From a virus: 64,000 nucleotides of DNA. The stretch's first letter is position 1. Each line of letters starts with the position of its first letter. Made by a program: the position numbers and the translations under genes. The notes beneath the pieces were generated by a model that saw only the letters and a program-made list of their open reading frames with translations, did no database searches and had not been told where the DNA came from. The stretch lies in the IMG/VR virus record IMGVR_UViG_3300005617_000004, positions 32,001 to 96,000 of that record; one strand, 5' to 3'. Below, one piece after another: positions 25,569-36,148 of the stretch.

Positions 25569-27278
25569 ATGCTGACCTTCTTCGTTTATGCGCTGGCGTG
25601 CGTCGGCGTACACCGGATCTGGAACTTCGAGTCGATCTTCCAGGGTCCACGTACGTGGCTGCTGCGCTACTGGTGGGCCAAGCCGGTGACCTGCCAAGCA
25701 TGCAACGCCCTGTGGATTGCCGTGCTGCTCCTGCCGTTGGCGTACATCGCCTCCGCGCCGGGGGCGTGGCTGGCCCTGGAGGCGCTGGCCGCCTACCCGC
25801 TGGTGCGCGGTGTCCTGTGGGTCTACAAGATGGCGAGCCACTGGGAGGTTTCCGCTCGCCGGTCTGCGGGAGTGACGCGCGCCGTGGTTGAACCTCCGAC
25901 GGATGCCGTCCGAAAACCAGCGCCCGCCGAGCCGCAACCTCCCACAGACGGTGGCTGCCGCGACTGTGAACGGAAGCGATCGGCTATCGTCGCTGAACAG
26001 ACGCATGCCAAGGGCTTCGATCGTCGCATCGTGCTGCTCACCACCCTGTCGGACTTCTCCCCCAGCTACAGCCTGACCAGCGTCATCTGCGACCAAGCCC
26101 GGATGCTGGCCGACAACCCGCGCTGGCTGGTGCAAATCTGGGTCAACGAGAACGCCAACCTCAAGCAGGCGCCGACAGACTTGCCGGAGAACGTCGAGAT
26201 CCGCCGCATCGTGCCGCAGGTGCCGTGGGCCGACGACATCGTCAATACCGAGGGCGCGCAGCGCCTAGAGCGCGAACTCCGGTTGAAGCTGCTGCCCCTC
26301 GGCAACGCTACCATCATCGCGCACGACCTGATCTTCCAGAGCGCGTTTGTCACCTTCGCAGCTGCAATTCATCGTCTGGGGTCGATGCCTGGGTTCGCGT
26401 GGCTGCACGTGTGTCACAGCGCCGTCGGGGTGCGCCCTCCCGGGCTGGCGTTCCCGCGAGCCCTGCGCTACACGCTGCCCGAGGGCCACAAGCTGCTGTG
26501 CCTCAACGAAGCCGAACGTACTCGCTTGGCGGCCTACTACGCCGCCCCTTCCGTGGAGGTGCTGGTGTGCCCGAACGCACGCGACATCACGGCGTTCGGG
26601 GCGTTCAGCGCCCAGGCGGCCGAGGTCATCCGTGCCGGGCGGTTGCACTTGGCCGACGTGGTCCAGGTGTATCCCCTGTCCACTACCCGCATGAAGGACA
26701 AGGGGGTCCATCATGTCATCAGGATCCTCGCGAATCTAGGCCGGCTGGGCCGCACGACACGACTGGTGCTGGTGAACGCGCACGCGAACGGAGCGGCGGA
26801 GAAGGCTGCCTTGGCCGACCTGCGACAGTACGTGGTCGAGCAGGGGCTGCCGCCGACCGCTCTGGTGGTCACCAGCGAGGTGCTGCCCGCCACCGAGGCG
26901 CAAGGAGTGTCGCAGGCGGTGGTTCGCGACCTGTTCTCGGTCAGCAACGTGTTCATCTTCCCGTCGGTCAGCGAGGCGTCGCCCCTGGTGCTGGTCGAAG
27001 CCGCTCTCAGCGGGTGCCTGATCGTCACCAACGCGTCGTTGCCGGTGCTGAAGACGATCGTGCCCAACGGCTTGGCGATTACCGCGCATTTTGGCAGCAC
27101 GTTGAACCCAGAGGCCGACCATGGGGTCACCGAGACGGTCGCCGCGCAGATAGACGACGTCCTGACGCGGTCGAAGATCAACCTCGCCAAGCGCCACGTG
27201 CTCAAGCATTCCAGCTTCCTTGCAGTTGGATCGCAATTGCGATCCCTGGTCGAAGGAGTTCCGCTACGGGGTAAATAA
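25569..27278 (+). CDS. Membrane-anchored GT-B (GT4-like) glycosyltransferase
   Basis: N-terminal TMs with CxxC; KGV...VFIFPSVSEASPLVLVEA. Confidence 0.85.
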   Translation: MLTFFVYALACVGVHRIWNFESIFQGPRTWLLRYWWAKPVTCQACNALWIAVLLLPLAYIASAPGAWLALEALAAYPLVRGVLWVYKMASHWEVSARRSAGVTRAVVEPPTDAVRKPAPAEPQPPTDGGCRDCERKRSAIVAEQTHAKGFDRRIVLLTTLSDFSPSYSLTSVICDQARMLADNPRWLVQIWVNENANLKQAPTDLPENVEIRRIVPQVPWADDIVNTEGAQRLERELRLKLLPLGNATIIAHDLIFQSAFVTFAAAIHRLGSMPGFAWLHVCHSAVGVRPPGLAFPRALRYTLPEGHKLLCLNEAERTRLAAYYAAPSVEVLVCPNARDITAFGAFSAQAAEVIRAGRLHLADVVQVYPLSTTRMKDKGVHHVIRILANLGRLGRTTRLVLVNAHANGAAEKAALADLRQYVVEQGLPPTALVVTSEVLPATEAQGVSQAVVRDLFSVSNVFIFPSVSEASPLVLVEAALSGCLIVTNASLPVLKTIVPNGLAITAHFGSTLNPEADHGVTETVAAQIDDVLTRSKINLAKRHVLKHSSFLAVGSQLRSLVEGVPLRGK

Positions 27279-27305
27279 CGACCTACCGCCACTAACCCCT
27301 TCGGA

Positions 27306-27332
27306 TTGCATTATGGCAGCCATGCGTACCCT
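27306..27332 (+). promoter_or_regulatory. Promoter, leaderless
   Basis: TTGCAT-N15-TACCCT-GTGCGC-ATG. Confidence 0.6.
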
Positions 27333-27338
27333 GTGCGC

Positions 27339-29816
27339 ATGGCAAGTCTCATTTTTGCAGTAGACGCCAACACCCTTCTCGACACTCCAACGGCCTCCGG
27401 CCTCGAGACGCTGGCCAACGCGCAGTTCGCGGCGCTGTTGAGCGACATCGTCACCGGCGTGTCGTTCACGACCGACGATCAGTCGCGCACCAGCCGCGAC
27501 TTGCGGCTGACGGTCACCTACACCGATGGCGCGGCGGCCATCTCGACCCCCTTCCTGGTCAAAGCCTTCACCGGCCGCACGGTCGCCGACGTTGCGGCCG
27601 CAGCCAACGCCTTCACCGCGGCCCACACGACCTACTTCTTCTCGGGCCTGTTCACCCAGGTGCTGACCAACACCGCACGTCGCTCCACGATCGTGTACGG
27701 CCTGATCGTGTACAACACGTCGCTGACCGACGGCGCGTCGCACTATGCGGGCAGCGGTGCCGGCGGAGGTGGTGGAGGCACCGTTGGCGGCTCGGGCACC
27801 GCCGGCAAGCTCGCAGTGTGGACGTCGGGCACCGACATCGGCGACAGCGCGCTGACCGAAGCCACCAACACCATCACCTCGTCGAAAGAGCTCATCACCC
27901 TTGCCACCGCTGCTGCCCGCGCAGGCTTCAACCTGCCGCACGGCACGGCACCCAGCGCGCCCGTCAACGGCGACCTGTGGACCACGACCGCCGGGCTGTT
28001 CGCCCGCATCAACGGCGCAACGGTGACGTACGGATCCGGCACCATCGGTGGCACCGCCGTGCTCAACCGAGTCGCGTACGGCTCGGGCGCCAACACCCTG
28101 CAGTCGTCGGCCAACCTGACCTACAACGGCACGACCCTCTCAGTTGCAGCCGGCGGTCGCATGGGCGTCGGCTCGGCCGGCCTGACGTCGAACGGACTGA
28201 CCCTCAGCATGATCGGCACGCTGAGCACCGCGGATCAGTCCGGGTTGAACGTGTTCGTGACGGGCAGCGTTGCTGCCACGGCGACGGTTACCGGCGTCGT
28301 GAGCGGCGCCGGCACGGCGACGTCGGCCACCACCGCCGACGTCATGGCCTTCTGGGCGCTGCCCATCACGCCGGGCAGCGGCAGCACCATCACGCGCGGC
28401 ACCGGCATCCACATCAGCGACCCGACGGCCGGCACCAACCGCGCATGGCTCTCGCTGGGTACCAGCGTCAGCGTACCCTCCTACGTGGGCAACTTCGCGA
28501 TCTACAGCGACATCGCGCAGCCGAGCTCGTTCGCGGGCACCATCGCCATTCTGGACACCACGACCACGTCGTTCACGACCGCGGGCGGCGGCTCGTTTGC
28601 CAAGCTGCTGCAGACGGTTGCCTCGGCCAGCGGGTCCGCGGGCTTCAATCTGCCGCACGGCGCTGCTCCTTCCGCGCCAGTCAACGGCGACCTGTGGACC
28701 ACCACCACTGCGTTGTTCGTGCGCATCAACGGCGCGACGGTGCAGCTGGGTGGAGGCGGCCTCACCGGCTCCCTGACCGCCACGCGCGTCCCGTTCGCCA
28801 GCGGCGCCAGCACCCTGACCGACAGCGCGTTCATGACGTTCAGCACCGCAGCAGGGCTGGTGGTCAACCGGTCGGGTGCGGCCAACGTCACCATGCTCGG
28901 CTCGAACGCCGGCAACACGACCATGACGGCGGTCGACTGCGTACTGATCGGCGACAATGCCGGCAACGCGATCACCTCGGGCGCGCAGTGCACGTTCCTC
29001 GGCAAGGACGCAGGCCTCGCCAACACACAGGGCAGCGGCAACACCTTCATCGGGTTCTCGGCCGGCGTGCTCAACGGCACCAGTGGCGCGCGCTCAGGCA
29101 TCACCGCGGTCGGCTACAACGCCGGCAGCATGAGCACCGGCGGCAGCAACACCTTCCTCGGTGCCACCAGCGGCGCGAACTCGGTCACGGGTACCGCCAA
29201 CATCTTCATCGGCCGGTCGAGTGGCGACGGCACCGGCACCGCCGCCAGCAACCGGTTCGTAGCTGGCTCCGACTCGTACCCGGTCGCCGATGTCTGGTTC
29301 GGCCAGGGCGAGACGAACGCGGCTGCGGTCGCGTGGACCCTGCACGGCACCAACGGCGCGGGCGCCGACAAGGTCGGTGGCGCACTTCAGCTCGCTGGCG
29401 GCCAGGGCACCGGCACGGGCGTCGGCGGCAACATCGTGTTCCAGACGGCGATTGCCGGCGGGTCCAGCAGCACCCTCAACGCGCTGACCACTGGCCTGAC
29501 CATCAATCAGCGCAAGACGGCGGACTTCGCCTATGGCCTTGTGCTGCCCGTCCGCACGGTGACCGCGACCACCGACACGGCCACCTACACCGACTACACC
29601 ATTCAGTGCGACACGACATCCAACAACATCGCGCAGACCCTGCCGGCATCGCCCCCGACCGGTCTCGTCATCAACGTGAAGAAGACCGCCGCAGGCAACA
29701 CGCTGACCATCACCGCCAGCGCAGGCAACATCGATGGCGCCGCGAGCGTCGTGGTGACGACCCTGAACCAGTCGTACTCGTTCCAGTACAACGGCACACA
29801 GTGGATCATCCTGTGA
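27339..29816 (+). CDS. Spike/fibre protein 1
   Basis: G/T/A/S-rich; 35-aa repeat at 27921-28025 and 28638-28742; NTFIG..AG adhesin-type repeats; shared N-terminal domain. Confidence 0.8.
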   Translation: MASLIFAVDANTLLDTPTASGLETLANAQFAALLSDIVTGVSFTTDDQSRTSRDLRLTVTYTDGAAAISTPFLVKAFTGRTVADVAAAANAFTAAHTTYFFSGLFTQVLTNTARRSTIVYGLIVYNTSLTDGASHYAGSGAGGGGGGTVGGSGTAGKLAVWTSGTDIGDSALTEATNTITSSKELITLATAAARAGFNLPHGTAPSAPVNGDLWTTTAGLFARINGATVTYGSGTIGGTAVLNRVAYGSGANTLQSSANLTYNGTTLSVAAGGRMGVGSAGLTSNGLTLSMIGTLSTADQSGLNVFVTGSVAATATVTGVVSGAGTATSATTADVMAFWALPITPGSGSTITRGTGIHISDPTAGTNRAWLSLGTSVSVPSYVGNFAIYSDIAQPSSFAGTIAILDTTTTSFTTAGGGSFAKLLQTVASASGSAGFNLPHGAAPSAPVNGDLWTTTTALFVRINGATVQLGGGGLTGSLTATRVPFASGASTLTDSAFMTFSTAAGLVVNRSGAANVTMLGSNAGNTTMTAVDCVLIGDNAGNAITSGAQCTFLGKDAGLANTQGSGNTFIGFSAGVLNGTSGARSGITAVGYNAGSMSTGGSNTFLGATSGANSVTGTANIFIGRSSGDGTGTAASNRFVAGSDSYPVADVWFGQGETNAAAVAWTLHGTNGAGADKVGGALQLAGGQGTGTGVGGNIVFQTAIAGGSSSTLNALTTGLTINQRKTADFAYGLVLPVRTVTATTDTATYTDYTIQCDTTSNNIAQTLPASPPTGLVINVKKTAAGNTLTITASAGNIDGAASVVVTTLNQSYSFQYNGTQWIIL

Positions 29817-30199
29817 GCTTTGCGCCCTTGAACGTCATCGGGTCCCTCAAGTCTGCCAACTTCAACTCGACGGCCGATCAAGCCATCCCAATCCAGCTGC
29901 CGGCCGGCTTCACCAAGTACGTGGTGACCGGGCTGGTGGCGTACAATCCCAGCACGAGCCTGACTACTGCGGCTGGAGGCCTGTACAACGCCACCAGCAA
30001 ACCCGCGGGCGGCATCCTGGTAGCCGCAGCGCAGGTGTACACCGCGCTCACCGCGGCGGGGAAGTTCTTGCCCGTGACGTTGGCCGCACTCGCTGGCACT
30101 GACCTGCAGACCGCGGCCAACGTGTACTTGTCGCTCACTCTCGCGCAAGGTGGAGCCGCTACGGCCGACGTCGCGGTCCTCGGGTATTTCCTGCCATGA
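29813..30199 (+). CDS. Small beta-rich virion protein
   Basis: GTG overlapping previous TGA. Confidence 0.75.
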   Translation: MSFAPLNVIGSLKSANFNSTADQAIPIQLPAGFTKYVVTGLVAYNPSTSLTTAAGGLYNATSKPAGGILVAAAQVYTALTAAGKFLPVTLAALAGTDLQTAANVYLSLTLAQGGAATADVAVLGYFLP

Positions 30200-30480
30200 C
30201 CTACACTCCTGGTGGAAGCGTGGCGGTCCAAGTCAACTTCGGCACGACGTCTAATTTCTCGGTGCGGACGACCGTCACCGGCGTGCCATGGGTCACCGCC
30301 GGGTCCCATTTCACCGTCACACCCGCGGGCAGCACCGTCGATCACGGCGTTGAAGACGCGGTGATCGAGGGCCTCACCGGCGGTGTGGAAAACCCGATCG
30401 CTGGTACCGGCTTTGACCTCGTCGTATCCAGCCCCAACGGCTCCAAGGGCCTCTACGCCTTCAACGTGATAGGAAACTAA
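30196..30480 (+). CDS. Small beta-rich virion protein
   Basis: ATGA overlap. Confidence 0.75.
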   Translation: MTYTPGGSVAVQVNFGTTSNFSVRTTVTGVPWVTAGSHFTVTPAGSTVDHGVEDAVIEGLTGGVENPIAGTGFDLVVSSPNGSKGLYAFNVIGN

Positions 30481-30481
30481 C

Positions 30482-31960
30482 ATGTCCGTCAATATCCAGG
30501 GTGGCAGCAGCACTACCAACCAAGCGAACGTCACTGACAACAACCTGAACGTCACGTTGCCGTCGGTTTATGACGAGTCGGGCTACAACCGGCCGCTGGG
30601 TGAAGTCGACGCCGGACTCGTGCGTGGCACGCCGACGCTGTTGGCGCCTGAGGTGTCGGAAGACTTCCGCCAGCGCGCAGAGCTCGACACCCTGCTCGCC
30701 TACGACGATTTCAACTACGTGGCGCAGGACACCGGCAAGTACATCTTCCGCAACACCACCATGACCGGCTCGTGGGGCGGCGGCGCGTTCAGCACCAACG
30801 CGTCGGCCATCACCACGACCACCACCGGCTGTCAGCTGCTGACCCGTCAGTATTTCCCGGTGTTCGGCGGTGCCGAGACCTACGCCTACTTCAAGCTCGG
30901 CTTCACCGGCACCTGGGCGGTCACCAACAAGACCATCGACATCGGCCTGATGACCGCGAACACGACCACCCCGTTCGCCCCGACCGACGGCGTGTTCCTG
31001 CGCGCCAACTCCACGGGTCTGTTCGGCGTCGTCAGCGTCAACGGTGTCGAGCAGACTTCGTCGCCCTTCGTGGTCTCCTCCGGCGGCATAGATTGGGTTC
31101 CTACCATCGGCACGTTCTACGACTGCATCGTTACCTGCGGTGAAAACGTCGCCGTGTTCTGGATGGACCTGCGCGACGGCAACGGCTACGTGATGATGGC
31201 CCGCATCAGCACGGCTCCGGGTTCGGGCGCGCCTCTCTACGCCGGCGCTCTCCAGTTCGGCATCCGCGACGCCAACACTGGCACCACGTCAGCCGTCATG
31301 GGTGCCAAGATCAGCCGCTGGTCGGTGTCGCAGGGCGGCTACCACACGACCCGCCCGTGGGCCGAGCAGGTGATATGCGCAGGCATGAGCGGCGCGCAGG
31401 GTCAGCAAGGCGGTACGATGGGCTCGACGGCCCTGTACACCAACTCGCTGGCCCCGGGTGCCGGCGCGGTGATGACCAACACCACCGCGGCACTGGGCAC
31501 CGGCCTGGGCGGTCAGTTCGCCGCCCTGCCGACCCTGGCGGCCAACACGGACGGCATCGTTTGCTCCTACCTGAATCCGGTGCCGACCACCGGCATCACT
31601 GGACGCGTGCTGGTGGTCACCGGCATCAAGATTTCCAGCATTGTGACCACGGTGCTGGCGGGCAACGCGTCGCCGGTGGTGTACGCCTACTCGGCCGCCT
31701 GGGGACATGACGCACTGTCGCTGGCCACCGCCGAAGCGGCCACGACCAAGGCCCCGCGCAGAAAGGCTTTGGGCTTCCACCAGTTCGCAGCCGCGGCTGC
31801 GGTCTACACGTCAGGAGGCGCCGACATTTTCCTGCCGGTAGACGACATCGCGGTCAACCCGGGTGAATACTTCCAGATCGTCGCCAAGAACATCGGCGTG
31901 GTCACCACCACCGGCGTGATCATGTTCCACATCTCCATCCAGTCGCACTGGGAGGCCTGA
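30482..31960 (+). CDS. Beta-rich virion protein (possible lectin-like domain)
   Basis: 492 aa, T/G-rich, within spike cluster. Confidence 0.75.
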   Translation: MSVNIQGGSSTTNQANVTDNNLNVTLPSVYDESGYNRPLGEVDAGLVRGTPTLLAPEVSEDFRQRAELDTLLAYDDFNYVAQDTGKYIFRNTTMTGSWGGGAFSTNASAITTTTTGCQLLTRQYFPVFGGAETYAYFKLGFTGTWAVTNKTIDIGLMTANTTTPFAPTDGVFLRANSTGLFGVVSVNGVEQTSSPFVVSSGGIDWVPTIGTFYDCIVTCGENVAVFWMDLRDGNGYVMMARISTAPGSGAPLYAGALQFGIRDANTGTTSAVMGAKISRWSVSQGGYHTTRPWAEQVICAGMSGAQGQQGGTMGSTALYTNSLAPGAGAVMTNTTAALGTGLGGQFAALPTLAANTDGIVCSYLNPVPTTGITGRVLVVTGIKISSIVTTVLAGNASPVVYAYSAAWGHDALSLATAEAATTKAPRRKALGFHQFAAAAAVYTSGGADIFLPVDDIAVNPGEYFQIVAKNIGVVTTTGVIMFHISIQSHWEA

Positions 31961-32016
31961 GCGCATCCTTGACTCCCTAGAAGTCTCCGTAGGGTCGAGG
32001 GGCCTACGGAGACTCT

Positions 32017-32490
32017 ATGGCTGGCCCCACCCCGCGCTTCTTCGTCGAACTCACCAGCACGCAGGCCTTTTGCCTCGCAAGCCTGCTGACCCGCGCCACC
32101 AACACGCCGGGCAGCCAGCAGACGCACCGCAGCCGAGTGCTGAACAAGCTGCACACCCAGCTGAAGGAGTTCAACGACGCGCGGCTGGGTCTCGTCAAGG
32201 CTCATGCCGTCCTCGACGAGGCCGGCGAGCCGGTTGTCAACGGCGACACGTACGCGCTGAAGGACAAGAAAGCCTTCGACGCCGCCTTCGATACCCTGCA
32301 GACGGAACTCAAGATCATCCTGGATGGCCGTACGGACGAGATCATGAACCGCGCGCTCGGTGCCGTGTACGAGATCCTGACCACCGACCAGTGCCCTGCG
32401 CTCCTGCCGCCGCAGCCTGGGCAGGCGTTCGAGCAGTCCGAGGCGTTCGTGTTCATGCAACTGGTGGACTCGTTTATCAAGACGTCCTAG
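32017..32490 (+). CDS. Helical protein, possible fibre chaperone
   Basis: Own promoter TTGACT-N15-TAGGGT (31969-31995), GGAG SD. Confidence 0.7.
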   Translation: MAGPTPRFFVELTSTQAFCLASLLTRATNTPGSQQTHRSRVLNKLHTQLKEFNDARLGLVKAHAVLDEAGEPVVNGDTYALKDKKAFDAAFDTLQTELKIILDGRTDEIMNRALGAVYEILTTDQCPALLPPQPGQAFEQSEAFVFMQLVDSFIKTS

Positions 32491-32693
32491 CCCCTACGCC
32501 CCGGTGTTGCATAAAGCAGTGCTGCGCATACCCTTTGCGCATGCTCCGGTGCCTATTTACCCGTGGATGGTCATCCATCCGCACGCGTATCCTTGCACCC
32601 GAAACACACCTCGGTAGCCGCTGCCTGCGTGACTACCGAGGCGCATCGTTGACATCCAGCCACCCCCGTTCCTGATCTACGGAGTCCTCTCCT

Positions 32694-33326
32694 ATGCCTC
32701 CAGGCGACACCACGCGGAAAAGCGGCGAGCATCGGGCCAGCAACTACAGCTCTGGTGAGTTCGTCACCTTCGGCCATCTGGAAGGGGTAATGGGTCAGCT
32801 GACCAACGCCCTCAACGGGAAAGCGACCAGCGGCGAGGTACAGCTGCTGATTCAAGCGGTGAGTCAAGTGACCCGCAACCAGGAGATCCACAGCGAACGC
32901 ATGGAGAAGGGGCTGAGCGGCATCTACAGCCGCTGCCAGCAGATCGCTGAAGTCCAAAGCGAGGAGAAGGCCAAGCTGGCTACCGGCATCGAACGCTGCA
33001 ACGGGCACCATATCGGTGTCGCCGACCTGTACGAGAAGCACGCGGCGCTGGACCAGAAGGTCGACGCCATCGTCACCGCCAACGAGGTCCGCACCGCACA
33101 AGAGACGCAAGCCGAGAAGCTCGCGCAGCCCAGTAAGACCATCATCGAGACGGTGGTCAGCAACCTCATCACGGCCGCGGTGGTCGCCGTCATCGGCATC
33201 GTCGGCGCCCTGTGGATCAACTCCGAAGCGGCCGCGCGCGATAAAGAGCGCACCCGCGATGCGCATGAGACTCGCGATGCTGCTGCCGGGCACGCTCCTC
33301 AGCCCGCCCCCAGCACTGGACCCTGA
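32694..33326 (+). CDS. Coiled-coil protein with near-C-terminal TM
   Basis: GGAG SD; hydrophobic LITAAVVAVIGIVGALWI. Confidence 0.75.
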   Translation: MPPGDTTRKSGEHRASNYSSGEFVTFGHLEGVMGQLTNALNGKATSGEVQLLIQAVSQVTRNQEIHSERMEKGLSGIYSRCQQIAEVQSEEKAKLATGIERCNGHHIGVADLYEKHAALDQKVDAIVTANEVRTAQETQAEKLAQPSKTIIETVVSNLITAAVVAVIGIVGALWINSEAAARDKERTRDAHETRDAAAGHAPQPAPSTGP

Positions 33327-33328
33327 TC

Positions 33329-36148
33329 ATGCCTACCGCAGCTGTTATCGCCGCACAGAACGCCTCCATTACCGCCTCGGCCAGCGGCTCTGGTCTCGAG
33401 GATGAGGTCAATGCGCAGCTTGCGACGCTGCTGAGCCACATCGTGATGAGCCTGCAGATCAGCTCTGCTCAAGCGTCGTCGAAGCAGAACCATCTGCAGG
33501 CGGTCATCACCTATCAGGACGGCGCAGCAACGATCGCCACGCCATTCGTGCTGAAGCTGTTCACTGGCCGCTCACTCGCCGACGCCGGTGCCGCGGTAGA
33601 CGCGTTCATGGCGGCGAACACCACGTATTTCTTCTCGCCGGTGAGCTTCAACGTCTCCGACGAGCCTCGCGCCGCGAAGCCGGTCGTCCTGGGCCTGCTG
33701 TACAACACCGACTACGCCGATGGGCTGTCCCACTTCGGTGTCGGCGGATCCGGTGGCGGTGGTGGCGCTCCGAGCGGCCCCGCAGGTGGGGACCTCAGCG
33801 GCACCTACCCGGACCCGGACGTCAGCGAAGGCCACATCCTGCCGACCGGCGCCGTGTCCACGCGGCTGCTGACCGAGTACCTCGCCGAGCCCTACAACAC
33901 CTTGAACTTCGGCGGCTACGCCGACGGAGCGACGCACGCGCTCAGCGCCCCGGCCGCCGCCATCCTGAATGCGCAGTACGCGTCGATCGGGTTCCAGGGC
34001 ATCTACGCCGCTGCGGCTGGCGACAGCGCCGACTGGGCGGCATTGCAGATCGCGCTGTACAAGTCGGCCTACACCGGCGCCGTAGTGCAGATCCCGATCG
34101 GCACGTCGGTCGTCAACCGTAACCTGACCTTGTACTGGGAGACGCCCAACCCCAACACCGCGCAGCCGGACCGGCCGATCGTATGCATCGTGCAGGGGTC
34201 GGGCCGCGGTTCGATCATCAAGGCCTACAACATCGGTGCAGGCCGCGGTGTATTCGAGATGTTGGGATCCACCAACCAGGACGCCGCCAACGTCAGCTTC
34301 CGTGACTTCACGGTCCTGCAGGACGTCTCGTGCAACGTCGGCTCCTACGCCTTCCGAGTCGGTGACGCGTGGTGCGGTTGGGACATGCACCGCGTGATCA
34401 TGTACTGCGCCGGCGGCCTGCTGATGCGGGTAGCCAGCTCCTCGAGCTACGCGCAGCTGTGCACCACCATCCGCCAGTGTCAGATTTGGACCAACTACAA
34501 CCAGACCTGGGGCATCTGGAGCGCTGTCGAGGTGTACGCCATCCAGGTGGAGACCGGTGGCGCGTTCTGGGACCAAGTCCTGATCCTGTCGTGTGCCATC
34601 AACGGCTGCTGCAACATCCGCGCGCACGTCATCAAGTTCATGCAGTGCAACATGTGGACGCAGTCTCAGCGTCCGCTGGGCACGTTCGGCTCCAACTGGA
34701 ACATCGCGACCCACCTGGGACGCCTCGACGCCGACACCTGCTACTTCGAGGATCATGCTCGGGCAATCGTGTGCACGTCCGACGACGCACCAATCGAGAA
34801 CGTCACCATCCGCGGCTGCTGGTTCAGTGGTGTCCAGAACTCGGGCGGCCCGGCGGCCGACTACGCTATCGTCTGCGCGCCGAACCTGTGGGCCTTCGGT
34901 CCGATCACCATCGCCGACTGCGCTTTCCGCGACCAGCTGTACACCGGCGCCTCGGTGTTCGTGCCCAGCGTCTCGGCGTTCCTGTACAACAACTCCCGCA
35001 TCGGTGTCACCTATACTGGCCTGCCTATCTCCGTGCTGGGCGACAGCGCGTCGCGTATCGTCAGGCTCGACCGCGACACGGCTGCGGCCTTCGACACGTT
35101 CGAGTTCGGCGACAATGTCCGCGCGCTATTCACCGAAGGCATCGTTGGACCGCTGGCCATCATCGAAGACACGGTCACGCAGGCCAGCGTCACGCTCACT
35201 AATCCCGATACCGCAGTCAGCAACGCCGCTAGCGCGGCTTTGATCGCGGCCTGCGGCGTCGCCCAGAGCCGTCAGATAGTGTTCGGACCGGCTCACGCGT
35301 CCTTCCCCAACCAAGTCTGGCTGTTCTCGACGGTCACCGGTGCCGCGCTGGTGCTCGGTGTCGGCGGCGCGAGCCGCGTTCAAGTCGACGACAATCAGGT
35401 GGCCGTCGCGCGCAGCTACGACGGCAACTACGGGGTTACCGCATCGAACCCGCACGCCGGTTCCAACGCCTACGCGTTCCTGACCGCGTCCAACGGCACC
35501 AACAACATATCCATGGTCGCTTTCGGCACGGGCCATGCACTCGCAGGCCAGGGCTGGCTGTACACCGGGTCAGCGACGTTCCTGATCCTGGGCGTCGCCG
35601 GCGTCGAAGTGGCGCGTCTCGACTACAGCACGTTGCGCATGAAGATGCTCAACTACTCGGTGGTCGGCGGCGTCGGTTTCGAGGCGACCGCCTCGACTGC
35701 TGTTGGCAACACCGGGGCTGCGGTCTCCATCGTTCCGACCGGCGTCGGCGGCGTGGTGGTGCCGGCTGGCGTCTTCAAGGCCGGCAGCGGCCTGGAGATC
35801 GAGGCTTCCGGCTTCATCGAGACGGTCGGGGCCGAGAACATCACCTTCGCTATCATCATCCAGGGGCAGACGCTTGCCACCGTGGTGATCCCCGTGGCGG
35901 GCCTCGTCTCCTTCGTCGGGTACTTCCTGAAGATGTCGGTGGCGGTGCGCACGGCGGGCGCCGGCGGTACGCTCATCGGCCAGGGATATCTCATGTTCAA
36001 CAACACCGCGCTGAACATCGTCGCCGGCTCGACGCAGGCGCTCGACACGACCGCGACTGCCCTGGTCGACGTGACGGTCCAGCACTCGGTGGTTGACCCC
36101 GGCAACGTGGTGTACACCACCAACTACACCCAGAAGATCAAAAGCTGA
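33329..36148 (+). CDS. Spike protein 2 with probable right-handed beta-helix (depolymerase-like)
   Basis: GPAGGDLSGTYPDP linker; FG..ADG...D.AALQ.A...V.IP.G...G.G..SII pectin-lyase-type start; shared N-terminal domain. Confidence 0.8.
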   Translation: MPTAAVIAAQNASITASASGSGLEDEVNAQLATLLSHIVMSLQISSAQASSKQNHLQAVITYQDGAATIATPFVLKLFTGRSLADAGAAVDAFMAANTTYFFSPVSFNVSDEPRAAKPVVLGLLYNTDYADGLSHFGVGGSGGGGGAPSGPAGGDLSGTYPDPDVSEGHILPTGAVSTRLLTEYLAEPYNTLNFGGYADGATHALSAPAAAILNAQYASIGFQGIYAAAAGDSADWAALQIALYKSAYTGAVVQIPIGTSVVNRNLTLYWETPNPNTAQPDRPIVCIVQGSGRGSIIKAYNIGAGRGVFEMLGSTNQDAANVSFRDFTVLQDVSCNVGSYAFRVGDAWCGWDMHRVIMYCAGGLLMRVASSSSYAQLCTTIRQCQIWTNYNQTWGIWSAVEVYAIQVETGGAFWDQVLILSCAINGCCNIRAHVIKFMQCNMWTQSQRPLGTFGSNWNIATHLGRLDADTCYFEDHARAIVCTSDDAPIENVTIRGCWFSGVQNSGGPAADYAIVCAPNLWAFGPITIADCAFRDQLYTGASVFVPSVSAFLYNNSRIGVTYTGLPISVLGDSASRIVRLDRDTAAAFDTFEFGDNVRALFTEGIVGPLAIIEDTVTQASVTLTNPDTAVSNAASAALIAACGVAQSRQIVFGPAHASFPNQVWLFSTVTGAALVLGVGGASRVQVDDNQVAVARSYDGNYGVTASNPHAGSNAYAFLTASNGTNNISMVAFGTGHALAGQGWLYTGSATFLILGVAGVEVARLDYSTLRMKMLNYSVVGGVGFEATASTAVGNTGAAVSIVPTGVGGVVVPAGVFKAGSGLEIEASGFIETVGAENITFAIIIQGQTLATVVIPVAGLVSFVGYFLKMSVAVRTAGAGGTLIGQGYLMFNNTALNIVAGSTQALDTTATALVDVTVQHSVVDPGNVVYTTNYTQKIKS

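Noticed and set aside
27818-29812. His/Arg-rich 793-aa ORF
   Set aside because: Alternative frame of the spike gene; only the last part (29813-30199) is a real gene
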